Source: Rhizophagus irregularis (taxonomy: Eukaryota). Taken from it: DNA of 64,000 bases. The notes under the pieces were generated by a model. It made no database searches. It saw only the letters and a list, made by a program, of their open reading frames with translations, and had not been told where the DNA came from. The stretch lies in NCBI RefSeq assembly GCF_026210795.1, contig NC_089431.1:3410001-3474000 (forward strand), given 5' to 3'. Below, one piece after another: positions 52,740-64,000 of the stretch (the stretch's first letter is position 1; every line of letters starts with the position of its first letter). A program made the translations under genes and the position numbers.

Positions 52740-53700
52740 AAAAAGTGCGAAATGCACTACTTTAACAAAAAATGGTGAATTTCGCACCATTTTATTAAGA
52801 AAAAAAAGTGTGGAACGCACCATTTTAATAAATAATTGGTGAGTTTCGCACCATTTAATTAATATTTTAATATAAAAAAGTGCAAACGCACCATTTTATT
52901 AATATTTTAATAGAAAAAGTGCGAAACGCACCATTTTAACAAAAAAATGGAGAGTTTCGCACCATTTTATTAATATTTTAATAGAAAAAGTGCGAAACGC
53001 ACCATTTTAACAAAAAAATGGAGAGTTTCGCACCATTTTATTAATATTTTAATAGAAAAAGTGCAAAACGCACCATTTTAACAAAAAAATGGAGAGTTTC
53101 GCACCATTTTATTAATATTTTAATAGAAAAAGTGCGAAATGCACCATTTTAACAAAAAAAAATGGAGAGTTTCGCACCATTTTATTAATATTTTAATATA
53201 AAAAAGTGCGAAACGCACCATTTTAATAAAAAAAATGGAGCGTTTCGCACCATTTTATTAATATTTTAATATAAAAAAGTGCGAAACGCACCATTTTAAC
53301 AAATAAATGGAGAGTTTCGCACCATTTTATTAATATTTTAATAGAAAAAAGTGCGAAACGCACTATTTTAACAAAAAAATGGAGAGTTTCGCACCATTTT
53401 ATTAATATTTTAATAGAAAAAGTGCGAAACGCACCATTTTAACAAAAAAATGGAGAGTTTCGCACCATTTTATTAATATTTTAATAAAAAAAGTGCGAAA
53501 CGCACCATTTTAACAAAAAAAATGGAGCGTTTCGCACCATTTTATTAATATTTTAATATAAAAAAGTGCGAAACGCACCATTTTAACAAATAAATGGAGA
53601 GTTTCGCACCATTTTATTAATATTTTAATAGAAAAAAGTGCGAAACGCACTATTTTAACAAATAAATGGTGAGTTTCGCATGATTTTATTAATATCTTAC
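52740..53700 (+). repeat. ~71-bp tandem array (~13 copies) with internal palindrome
   Basis: Unit tagaaaaagtgcgaaacgcaccattttaacaaaaaaatggagagtttcgcaccattttattaatattttaa (e.g. starts 52911 and 52982). Confidence 0.95.
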
Positions 53701-54414
53701 TAATAGAAAAAATGTGAAACGAATTATATTAGTAACAAAAATTTTTTTGAACTAAGATTTGGATTTGCGTAGTGTTACTATGAAAAAAAAGTTGTGTAGA
53801 GTTAATATCGTAGTAAATGCATGCCGATCATTTGTGAGTTATCTTAGTATTATTCGGGGTTCTACTCCAACCGGCAATTGTGTTAAATTAATTAGAGTTA
53901 ATCAAAATGATAAAATTGCTGATATTTCAATGAAAAATAAAAGCAAAAATCTGCAAAATCGCAGATTACCGCAGAATTTTTCTAATAAATCTGCAGAAAT
54001 CTGCAAAATTGCAGAATTTTGCTGATTTATAGATAAAAATATTCAATTATCTGCGAAGTTGCAAAATTTGCAGAACTTCGCAGAAATGCGTCAAAAAAGT
54101 GCAAAAAAATGCGGAGATCTGCTAATTTCGCAGATCTCCGCAGTTCTGCACCCCAAAAACTTTCCTGATGTAAGACGCCGAAAAAAGAAAAAAAAATGAA
54201 ACCCATCTCCTACTAGCACCATCACCTCCTAAAAAAAACACCACTTTTACCAACCGTGGATCTTAAATTAAAAAAGGGTTAATGGAAAGGCAACAAAAAC
54301 GTACATCGATCCTACCGATCCTATAATTAAGTAAAAATTAGTAATTCAGACTAATTAGGATTATGCATAACCACTTTTTTTTTTATTTAAATATTATCAG
54401 TATGTATTGCGATA

Positions 54415-54858
54415 GCACGTCTGAAATGTGTGCCAGGTTGACGGCGCAGTGTAGCGCAGTAATTTCAAAAAGATTTAAGTTAAAGATTTTCTTTTTAATG
54501 TAAAGCTTTCAAATTTACACATTAGATGTATTTTCATCTGTTTTACAAAATTCACTTATAAATGGAAGGAGGTTTTGGAAGTAGATTTTGACTTTAGTAT
54601 ATAACAACCGATTTTATCGTCTTTGCTGATCATTTCCAAAATTGGATTTGTCGAAAGAACAGTTTTTGTTAAATAACTCGAAAATGGCCTTCGAAACCAC
54701 CCGTATATGCTCTAAGTAAATTTGCGGAGCGGACAAAAATACACCTAATGCAGGAATTTAAAGGTTTTATTTTAAATAAAAAAAATTGCAATTTAATTTT
54801 TTTGGAAAAATCGCTGCGCCACACTGCGCCATCAACCTGGCACACATTTCAGACATGC
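54415..54858. mobile_element. Mutator-like MITE, 444 bp
   Basis: Long TIR gcacgtctgaaatgtgtgccaggttgacggcgcagtgt / acactgcgccatcaacctggcacacatttcagacatgc. 9-bp TSD attgcgata (54406-54414, 54859-54867). Confidence 0.92.
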
Positions 54859-54899
54859 ATTGCGATATAAATATCACATCATGTCACGTGATCATCATC

Positions 54900-55460
54900 A
54901 GAAATTCATCATCATTTAATTGTAAATTTTCATCGGACTCAAAATATTCCTTAGCATTTTCAAGAGCTCTCTCTAAAATCCTACAATAACTTTTGAAGAA
55001 AATTTTCTTTAAATACATTTAGAAGTGTATTCCTAACAGATAAAAGGTTTGGGTTAGACTTGAGCGTGCAATTTCACCCTTTACAACTGACCAAATACCT
55101 TCAATCAATAGGTTGGAGTTCACAATTATGGTAAGGAGGGTAAAATTAACTTCATGTTCATATTGTCCTGCAATATTAACACAAGAGAATGGAACCTTTT
55201 TTTTGTTTATTTTAACCAGCTTTAAAAGTTCTGGTTTTCTTAATTCATCAGAAAAAGCAATATCATGAGCATTTAACCATTCAATTGTAATTTATGACGT
55301 CCGAGCATTTTGTGTAGTGTAAAGGTATCGTCTCTATGGCTTTTCCAGGTTGAAACCGCTCTCTCAACTGTACTTTCCCCTATGCCCAACACCTCAGCAA
55401 GACAGCAACACGCTTAAGTAGTGTAACCTTCTGATGATCCTCCTTTTTAGTGTTAGTCCC
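54900..55460 (-). pseudogene. IS630/Tc1-type DDE transposase remnant
   Basis: Minus-strand 'FTPPYHNCELQPI..GIWSVVK' resembles the LPPY.PELNPIE..W motif. Frameshifted and internally deleted. Confidence 0.65.
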
Positions 55461-55942
55461 AAAAATAATTGTAAATGTTAATTATCAGTCATATTATCAC
55501 ATTATCAGCGATCATTTTGCCAATCATTTCAATTATCTATTCGATATTATCTCATAAAAAAAATATGATTATTGGGCTATTTTTCTTGCAAATTCCACAA
55601 TGTATAAAACCAAAATAATTTTTATTTAACCATGTTCATGCAAAATTGATTGAGAAATGATGATTTGAAAATTTATATTTATTACATAAATTAAATCAAT
55701 ATAATTGCAAGTATTAATTTGGCCATAACTCGTGGATTACCTAAAATTAGTTCGGATTACTTCAGCTATTAGTTTTAAAATAGTTAAGCTATAACCTATA
55801 AAAGTTTCAAGTTTCGGTCTAACTTCTGTGGTTTCGGCCGAAGCTTTAAAGTCACATATCACCGAAATTACTATATGATCGGTAAATGATCGGCAAGTGA
55901 TATAAGGTAAAAAAATATTAGTAAGAATCAGTCATTGTAATA

Positions 55943-56067
55943 TATGGGAGGCGGTCAGTAGAAAAGGGGGAAAACTGCCCATTACTAATCACATAATGAA
56001 CAATCATTGTCTTACTAAGTTTTATCATAGTGGTAATTTCCCCCTTTTCTACTGACTGCCTCCTATA
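55943..56067. mobile_element. Short MITE with ~35-bp TIR in TA context (Tc1/mariner-like)
   Basis: ggaggcggtcagtagaaaaggggga / tcccccttttctactgactgcctcc, flanked by tata. Confidence 0.8.
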
Positions 56068-56840
56068 TATATATTTTTTTCAGCCCATCTTGTTTTGGCC
56101 ACACAGTATTTTTCTTGGTGTAAATCCTCTCCTTTTCGGGTGAGGTACCAATCTTTTTGCACCGGCCCATACCGATTTGATTTATTCACTTATATTAGAA
56201 CAATTCCGACAATTCCGTAACAAGGAAAATTAAAAAGAAAATGCAATCAGAAAATCACGTAAGTTATAATTAATAATGCAATAGAAAAATTTTATTATTT
56301 TGTGCATTGTTTTGCATCAACTAGGTATGTTTTTTACCGGTTAAAATTTAAAAATTACCGATTTATTTCACTATGAAAACAATTTAATTCAATTTATAAA
56401 TAAGGTTCAATCTGGATAACAAGGAACAGGCTTCCGATTTGTCCATGTGACGTTTAGAATTAATTTCAATATCATGGAATAATTTCACATTTTTCCGATC
56501 TAAAAAAAATTTTTTTTTTTTATATATACCATACTATATCAATATTAAAATGTAGTATGTTGTGATGATATGATAAATTATTTATCTGTGATTGTTAATA
56601 AAATTTTGCTGCATAATTATGCATACAAATATCATGAAAAAAACTATAATCATAGTACTCTAACTCGCTCTTCTCTCGCCCTTTCCCTTTATCACCTTCC
56701 TTTGCTTCAGTTTAGGTTTCAGAGGGCAATTTATATTTTATAATAATCTATTATAAGAAAATAAAAATGAATCCTTTATATATCTGGAAAAAAAAAATTT
56801 TTTTTCTCCTTTAAACGTTTCGTTTTTTTTTTAAAAAAAA

Positions 56841-59038
56841 ATGATAAAATTTACAGACAATGATCAACTGATTTTTGATCCTACGCCAAATTTAAAATCT
56901 AGTCACGCGCCTATTTGTTTTATTTCTTTTAATAATGAAAATAAATGTGGTAATTGTAACGTTGAATATTCTGAGACGCCTTTTTTCAAACAGAAATATT
57001 GCAAATATTGTATAAAAAAGTTTATTGATAATCCTAGTAAGTGCCTAGATATACAAATAAGTACAAATATTAAATATGAAAATGAATCGATTAAAAATAT
57101 AGATTTTGGTACGCCAAGTTTACAAAAATGGTATTTTAAACAAATAATTCCATCAACATATTCTTTAATACGCTACGACACTTTTAATGGTGAGATGATC
57201 GAGTGTGAAAAAAACTGTAACTTATGTGGAAAATTGATGATAATTTCGAAATATAATATCATATTTACGTTATGCTCTTCTTGTTATTTAATATCTTCTG
57301 GATGGATAGAATCAGCGTTGACTAAAGTACCTATTCCAATTCTTTATTTACCATGGTGGGACGCTTCTGATCAGTGCGTCGTGTGCGATAAAGTGTTGGA
57401 ATTTAAACCCGAATGTCTAAAATGGTGTTTACATTGTTATATAATTTACACAGGATGCAGATACTGTTTAACAACAAATATTATTTTCGGGATTACAAAT
57501 GAATCTCAGTGTAGAAAATGTGGAAGAATAACAAACTTAACTATTGATACTTCAAGTATTAATAGCGAAAACTTATATATAGAAGAATTTCTTGTTTCTA
57601 CAAGATTAAATATTAATAATAACGATCAGATTATTGATTGCATAAATAATATTAATAAGGATTATGAAAATTGTAATCCGTTGGATAAGTATAATGATAT
57701 CAAGTATGAATTTAAGAATGCTTTATCAAAACCAATAATGGAATGGATACCATATTCTCAAATTACAAATTGTAAAAAAATAGCTGAAGGAGGGTTTGGT
57801 ATTATTTATAAAGCAATTTGGTTAGATGCTAGTTCACAATATGATGATTTTTTAAGTAATAGAGAAAAAAATAAAACCGTGGCTATAAAAAGGTTTTTAA
57901 ACTCACAAAACATAAGCAAATATTTTTTAAATGAGGTAAATTAAAGTTTATTTATTCTTATAATTTGATGATACTACACGTTTTTATTGATTTATTTATA
58001 TGTTTTTTAGCTAAAGTCACTTTATCAATGTTATAACAAATTTGATCATATAATTAATTACCATGGCATTACAAAAGATCCTGAAACGAAAGATTATATG
58101 TTAATAATGAAATATGCATCAGGTGGTAATTTACATGATTATTTACAAAAAAATTTTAAGGAGGTCACTTGGAATAAAAAGCTTTACATCTTGTGGCAAA
58201 TTTCGGCCGGGTAAATATACATTTTTTAAATATGGTAATTATTGTTTTCTTTTATATTTAAAAATATACATTAATTGATTTTATTTTTTAGACTTCATAC
58301 TATTCATGAGGTAAATTTTATACATCGTGATTTTCATAGTGGAAATATATTGTTAGAAACTGAATCATCTGGAAAGTGGAAAATCGGAGATTTGGGATTA
58401 TCACAACCCGCAAATAGTACTTCATTAAATAATGAAATATACGGAGTAATACCTTACATCGCACCAGAAATATTCCAAGGTGTTGCATTTTCAAAGAAAT
58501 CTGATATATATAGTATGAGTATGATTATGTGGGAACTTACGACGGGTTGCAAACCTTTTGATAATATTGAACATAATACGGAACTTATCTATAGAATTAT
58601 TGATGGAAAAAAACCCAAAATTACAAATGATACTCCTGATTGTTATGCTAATTTAATGAGAAAATGTTGGGATTCTGATCCTTTAAAAAGACCTTCTGCA
58701 AAAGAAATTCTTGAAGTTATTTATGCGTGGGCATTTTTACAAGAAGATTATGAAAATTTCAATCAAGCTGAAGTAAAAAGATTAAAATCAATAGAATTAA
58801 AGAAGCTTGGCCCTGAATTTACTGAGAACCCTCATTCAAAAGCGGTTTATAAAAGTAGATCATTGAACTCTTTTATTTCATTTGATAATTCATCTCTGAT
58901 AGGTCCACAAGGTGCGTATTATAAATGTTACTACTGTCTATCTTCTAAAAGTATGAAAGATTTAATAATAAATAGAAACATACTTTTTTTTTAGAATATA
59001 TCTCGAAAGAATACGAGTATGACATTAATAATATTTAA
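56841..59038 (+). CDS. TKL protein kinase with Cys-rich N-terminal region, 4 exons, ~652 aa
   Basis: Exons 56841-57935, 58011-58210, 58292-58911, 58995-59038 in frame. 'IAEGGFGIIY', 'VAIK', 'IHRDFHSGNIL', 'IGDLGL', 'YIAPE', 'SDIYS', 'CWDSDPLKRP'. Confidence 0.93.
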
Positions 59039-59828
59039 AATATATTAGTTTAAGAAAGTGATCCAAATATCGTATCAGAACTCTGATATTTCCATAATAA
59101 TAAAATTAACGATGTATTATACTTTTATTGAAATACAGATGGGCGTTATGGCGGCACTTTATTTTGATGCTGGATGTCGTATTCTACCTAATAAAAATAA
59201 TTATTTTAGACGCCAAACTTCCTATTGTTATCATTCTGATTAGCGACAAACTACATTGTATTTTCTTTTGATAATTCGTTGTTCTTAGAGCATTAAAGTT
59301 TCTAGTTCAGGCATTTTGTACTGGTTTCTAAATTTTAATAGTTTATATTTGTATTTACAAATTTAAACAAAAACAAAAAATGACATTCTATTTTAAGAAC
59401 GATTGCTTGTTTATTATATTTTATTATTACTTCATATTAAAACGATTCACTTTTGAAAGTGATTTATAGATAGTACAAATATTGTTTTTATATTTTGCAG
59501 ATAATTTTACCAATAAGGGAAAAAAATGCAACTAATATGTGCAACTTAACACAAATAATAATTATGAACAAGTGAAAATTCTGCTGCGTAAACCATATAC
59601 ATTACGCTATCGAAATTATAACTAACTGTGACTCAGATGTGGCGCCGATAATATCGTATTTTGTTGTGTTACAGCCGTTACGCGACTCACGATTTATTAT
59701 TTTACTATTGATATCACTATTGATTAATCATTGACACGTTTGTAAATAATTATGTATAACGCCAACGCCAACTTTCATAAGCTTAACCAATCAGAATTTG
59801 AGGATAATACAATATATATAACCTATCT

Positions 59829-60545
59829 ATGCGAAAATTAAAATTCTCAAGCCTTTTTTATTTATTTGCTGGCAATATAAAAAAATGGCCTATCAACGTA
59901 CTATTCTTCCGCTCTATTACAACCCAGGCCTTTCACCATGCAGCAGCACTGTATGGTTTCTTACTGGGTTTCTTTTCGGTACTTTGGTTGTGTTGGCCTT
60001 TGGAAGGCCATCACTTTTTTTATGATTTCTTTGATTTTCTTTTTACTCTTTTTTATTTAGTTCTAGATTTTTATAAATCGGAAACTGGACAACGAATAGT
60101 TATTTATATCAAGGAATTATACAATAACTATTCGGACTTCTGCTCTATAAGGAACTTGAAAGAACTAATGGAAAGGGGAAATCACATGGTACCTTCCCTT
60201 TTCAATTGGATTTTTCAAGAATATCCTGAGTCAGCTGGACGTTTTTTCAGAAGGTTTAATCTGATTGCACTTAATGTGATGTATAATAAAATATCGGATT
60301 ACCTTTTGGATTGTGTATGTACTAATTTAAATATTTATATTTAAAATTAACTTATTTAACTAATCTACTAAGTTTATCATATTTGCTTTTATAGGCAGCT
60401 GATTTCTTACTTCCTAACTGGATATTCCTCAAAGACTGGATGAAGGGTATGACTAAAAAAGTTTTGATTTATGTATATACTAAATTTATTATTCCTCGCA
60501 TTTTTTCTTCTAGGTTACCAAGTATTTTTAGAAAGCATAGATTAA
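59829..60545 (+). CDS. Hypothetical membrane protein, probably 3 exons; start uncertain
   Basis: 171-codon ORF with hydrophobic segments. A gtatgt donor at ~60316 joins exons ~60395-60446 and 60514-60545 in frame ('AADFLLPNWIFLKDWMKGYQVFLESID*'). Confidence 0.5.
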
Positions 60546-62641
60546 CTCCTGAGGACATGGTTTAAATGGATCTTTTTCTTTAATAGAGCAGAATTGTCCA
60601 GTTTCTGATTATTCTTTTTTTTTATTTTATTTTGCCTATTATTCGTTTGATACCTGGCTTATGATTGGGGCAGCATCCAGGAAATATTTAATTTTGTAAT
60701 GTTAAGGAATGTATTATTTATTATTGTATTTTGAAGGATTAGGGGTTGGACACTTCAAATTTTGATTTTTGGAAGTGACAGAGTATGGCGAGATAGGGGC
60801 CATATTCAATAGTTTTGAATTAATAAACAGAGGTAATTTTGCAATGTATGAATTTTAAAATTTTTTTTCAGTTTCATAAGTGTATCCGATTCTTAATTAG
60901 CCAGTAGTACTTATTCGTTTTTTTAATATAAAAAAACAGAATAAATTATTAAATAAGGAATTAATTTATCTAGAATCAGAAACTTCTGCGTGGAAGTTTT
61001 CAAGTTTCTAATTATAAAAATTATGGATTTGTAAGAGGAATATCTTGATGACTAAATATGGGACTTCGTTATGAAAAGATATTTTTGGCAACAAAGACTT
61101 TATCAGTCTCTCGTTGAATAACGCGTATGGAGTATATTGACTATCACACATGCTACCATATCACACCGTTGTGATCATAAACAAACAAGCAAGCAATTTA
61201 AAAGATTTTCATGTAAAAAAAACTAAGCTTTTTTGGTAAAATATTTTGTTATTATTGAATTAATATAATTAATATGCAATTGCTTTAGTGGAACAAGAGT
61301 ACTTACTACAAGTTTAATGGGCAATAAACTCAGTCTTAAATAACCCCTAGTTACCCCTACTGCTTTAACGTCATAACCTCTTTTTTGGCTGTTGGTTCAA
61401 CAACAAAAATCAATAAAACAGTTTCCACAAAAAATAATAAATAAATAAATATCACTACTGAAAAAAAGCTAATATTTACACTCTATGGGCATTGTTATTA
61501 CCTCTCTATGGTGATAGATTAATCCTTCCATAATATGTCCTAGCCCTGTAAACAACGTCTATCCATTTTTTATATTCCACCTTTTTTCGTAAAAGGCTCA
61601 TATTTCTGGTGCTTATATCACGGAATTTATCAAATTGTTTCATTTTCCGTGAATGGATCCGTGAAAGGCTCATATCATTTTACAGAGTTTTTACAGAAAT
61701 AGCAGATAAAATTGTTTATAAAGGAGTGCATATACCAAACAAAACCTTCCAATATTTCAATCTAGGGTCTAAATGACAGACAAATGAATATATACATTAC
61801 TGACGTGTTAGTGCACAGATTTTGATAAAAATAAGCCTTCAGATTTTGGAGAATAAAATTAAATAAAGCTACAAATTGTTAAACAAAATGATGACAGAGC
61901 CATACTTTAATTTTAAGTTTTAATATATCTCTTAAGTGGTACTAGTAAAATTGTTTTCTATTTCACTACAGTGACTACACATTTTGAATATAAACCAATA
62001 ATTAGCCATTAAATTAAAGTGTCATATGATAAATGAAAATCGCAGCCAATAAACTGACCATATGCTTATTGACCTGATCAAAGGCTGAGATAATGGGTTA
62101 GACGCAATCTACATAGTGGGACAATGAGTTAGACATGATCTACATGGTTACTGTGACTTACCTAGTAAATTTATTAATTGTGGGGCGCAGTATTATATTT
62201 AAGAATTAGTGTATAAATTTTTGTTAAGTAAAATTATATAATGTTACAGATTTTAGCGTCTGGAATGACGTTAAACTATAGAATAAGTAATATTGGGGGT
62301 TTGGCGTCCGAAATAACGTTAAACTAGGGATTAGGGAATAATACAGAAAAGTACAAAGAGGTAAAATTACAGAAGGGTTAAAAAGATAAATGTTACAAAA
62401 AGATGAATATTACAGGAGGAATATTACAGAAAGAGGAGACTTATTATAAGATTATCAACATATAAAAAGGGGTGATATTTGATGCTGAGTGAGAAACGAC
62501 ATGAATTTTTGGGATTTTATTTTTTTTGATATATTTAGTTATACTAAACCAAGCGTAATTATTTATATTACTAATAAAGTACTATTTTGTTAAAACTAAG
62601 GTGGCAACGTGATTTATCACGGGCTTAGGTCTTACACTGTA

Positions 62642-63172
62642 CATTTCATTTCACCGAAGGGACGTTTCGCCGAAAATGTATTTTATCGAATCCATTTCAC
62701 CGAATCGTACATTTCACCGAATTCCATTTTCACCGAATAGACATTTCACTGAAAATGGTAGTGATTAACATTTTTATAAAAAAAATTCATCGCGCAATGA
62801 AAATAAAATTAAATTATTTTTAGAGATTTTTTTTCCAGGATATTATCACTTCAATATTCAAGTAACTAATATTAATTGTTAAGCAATAAATAGGTAACTT
62901 TATTTTCCTGGAAAAATTTATTCACGAAAAAGTAAGTAAAGAAAAGATTAATGTATTATAAACGACGAGGTAAATTTTATGATCTGGTATAAAAACAATA
63001 AAATAACCAAATGGAATAAATAATTTTTCTATGAAATGTCCATTTGGCGAAATGTCCATTCGATAAAATGGCTTCGGAGAAATGGAGTTTTGGCGAAACA
63101 TCCTTTTGGCGAAATATCCCTTCAGTGAAATTGCTTCGGTGAAATAGATTTCGGTGAAAAGGCCGGATACCG
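62642..63172. mobile_element. Shorter inverted relative of the 30075-31228 element
   Basis: Same ttcaccgaa/ttcggcgaa inverted arrays. Core 'ttcacgaaaaagtaa', 'attcaagtaact' and 'cgcgcaatgaaaataaaa' are reverse complements of segments at ~30415, ~30510 and ~30790. Confidence 0.75.
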
Positions 63173-64000
63173 ATCTACATAGTTATGGACATTTTTTTTT
63201 TTTAGGAATATGAGAAGAAAATAAATTTTATTTCGGATATGCAGTATACAATATAGTCGATTACTGAAAAAACTAATTGGTTGGCAATAACTCGGACAAA
63301 ATTAAATAATTTCCACTAGCATGAATTTATTACAAAAATAAGTGAAAGCGGCATGAGGTATCGGTTTCAATAATAAGTGGTTGTACATTATTTTAATAAT
63401 TATAGCTATTATTTACTTTTTATATTTACACTTTTTATATACCTACCAGAGATCGATAATGAATTAATGTAGTTTTCTCATTTCTATGAAAATAAAAAAT
63501 ACAAGATAAAAAATTACACAAATATGGCTAGCCGCCATGAAAGCCAAAGGTATATAATTTAATTAGGTATAAAATCGATTAGAAAATTACTGTATCTGAA
63601 TCCCACTATTAGTCAATCGATGTATCAATTTCAATTCCTAGTTAAATAGCATCGTGAATTTTGAAAATTAATCGATCACCGTTTTTCATAATGATAATAA
63701 TATTTTTTTAGAGTAGGAGAATTATCACGTTATGCTCACATCTTTTTATGTTAAATTTACTTATTTTTACCAAATTAATTTTTTGTATATTGTAAATAAA
63801 TTATTTCTGAGCATAGATTGGTTTTAGTTGTTTGCAAAAAAATTTGTCTGTTAATATATTTATCAATAGTTCAAAATTTTATGACAACAAAATATAAAAA
63901 TTATTACGATTATTATGATTATTTGATATGATGATTTTTTTGTGGTTTTTATATTATTAAACATCAAGAGGAAGGAAATATCACGCAATAAACTTTCAAT

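Larger units (their letters stand above)
50361..54170. mobile_element. 3.8-kb non-autonomous TIR transposon, TA TSD, CA..TG termini
   Basis: ta|catcaggaaatttttt-ggggtgcaga ... tctgcaccccaaaaactttcctgatg|ta. 'gcaga/tctgc' subterminal repeats. Non-coding interior with two tandem arrays. Confidence 0.88.

Noticed and set aside
52740..53700. CRISPR-like array of palindromic repeats
   Set aside because: No unique spacers (units are near-identical end to end), no cas genes, eukaryotic context.

Overview
AT-rich eukaryotic genomic DNA with short GT-AG introns. The gene families present (tyrosine-kinase-like kinases, BTB-BACK-TLDc, 'MACSKIF' F-box/LRR-like, Crinkler-like, HSPA12-like Hsp70) point to a Glomeromycotina arbuscular mycorrhizal fungus such as Rhizophagus; this is inferred from family content only. 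Apparently intact genes: a 6-exon telobox/Myb protein, BTB-BACK-TLDc, an intronless F-box/LRR-like protein, a 4-exon SAM methyltransferase, a 4-exon Cys-rich TKL kinase and a small putative membrane protein. Many pseudogenes and non-autonomous DNA transposons lie between them. The centrepiece is a decayed minus-strand Ty3/Gypsy element (40147-47279). It carries an extra ~145-codon ORF in the env position, a long N-terminal Gag extension with an H/C motif, and a MITE in gag with a 14-bp TSD. Its 5' LTR is truncated by a 1.2-kb near-perfect nested palindrome. All calls were read and translated by eye; no database search was run.
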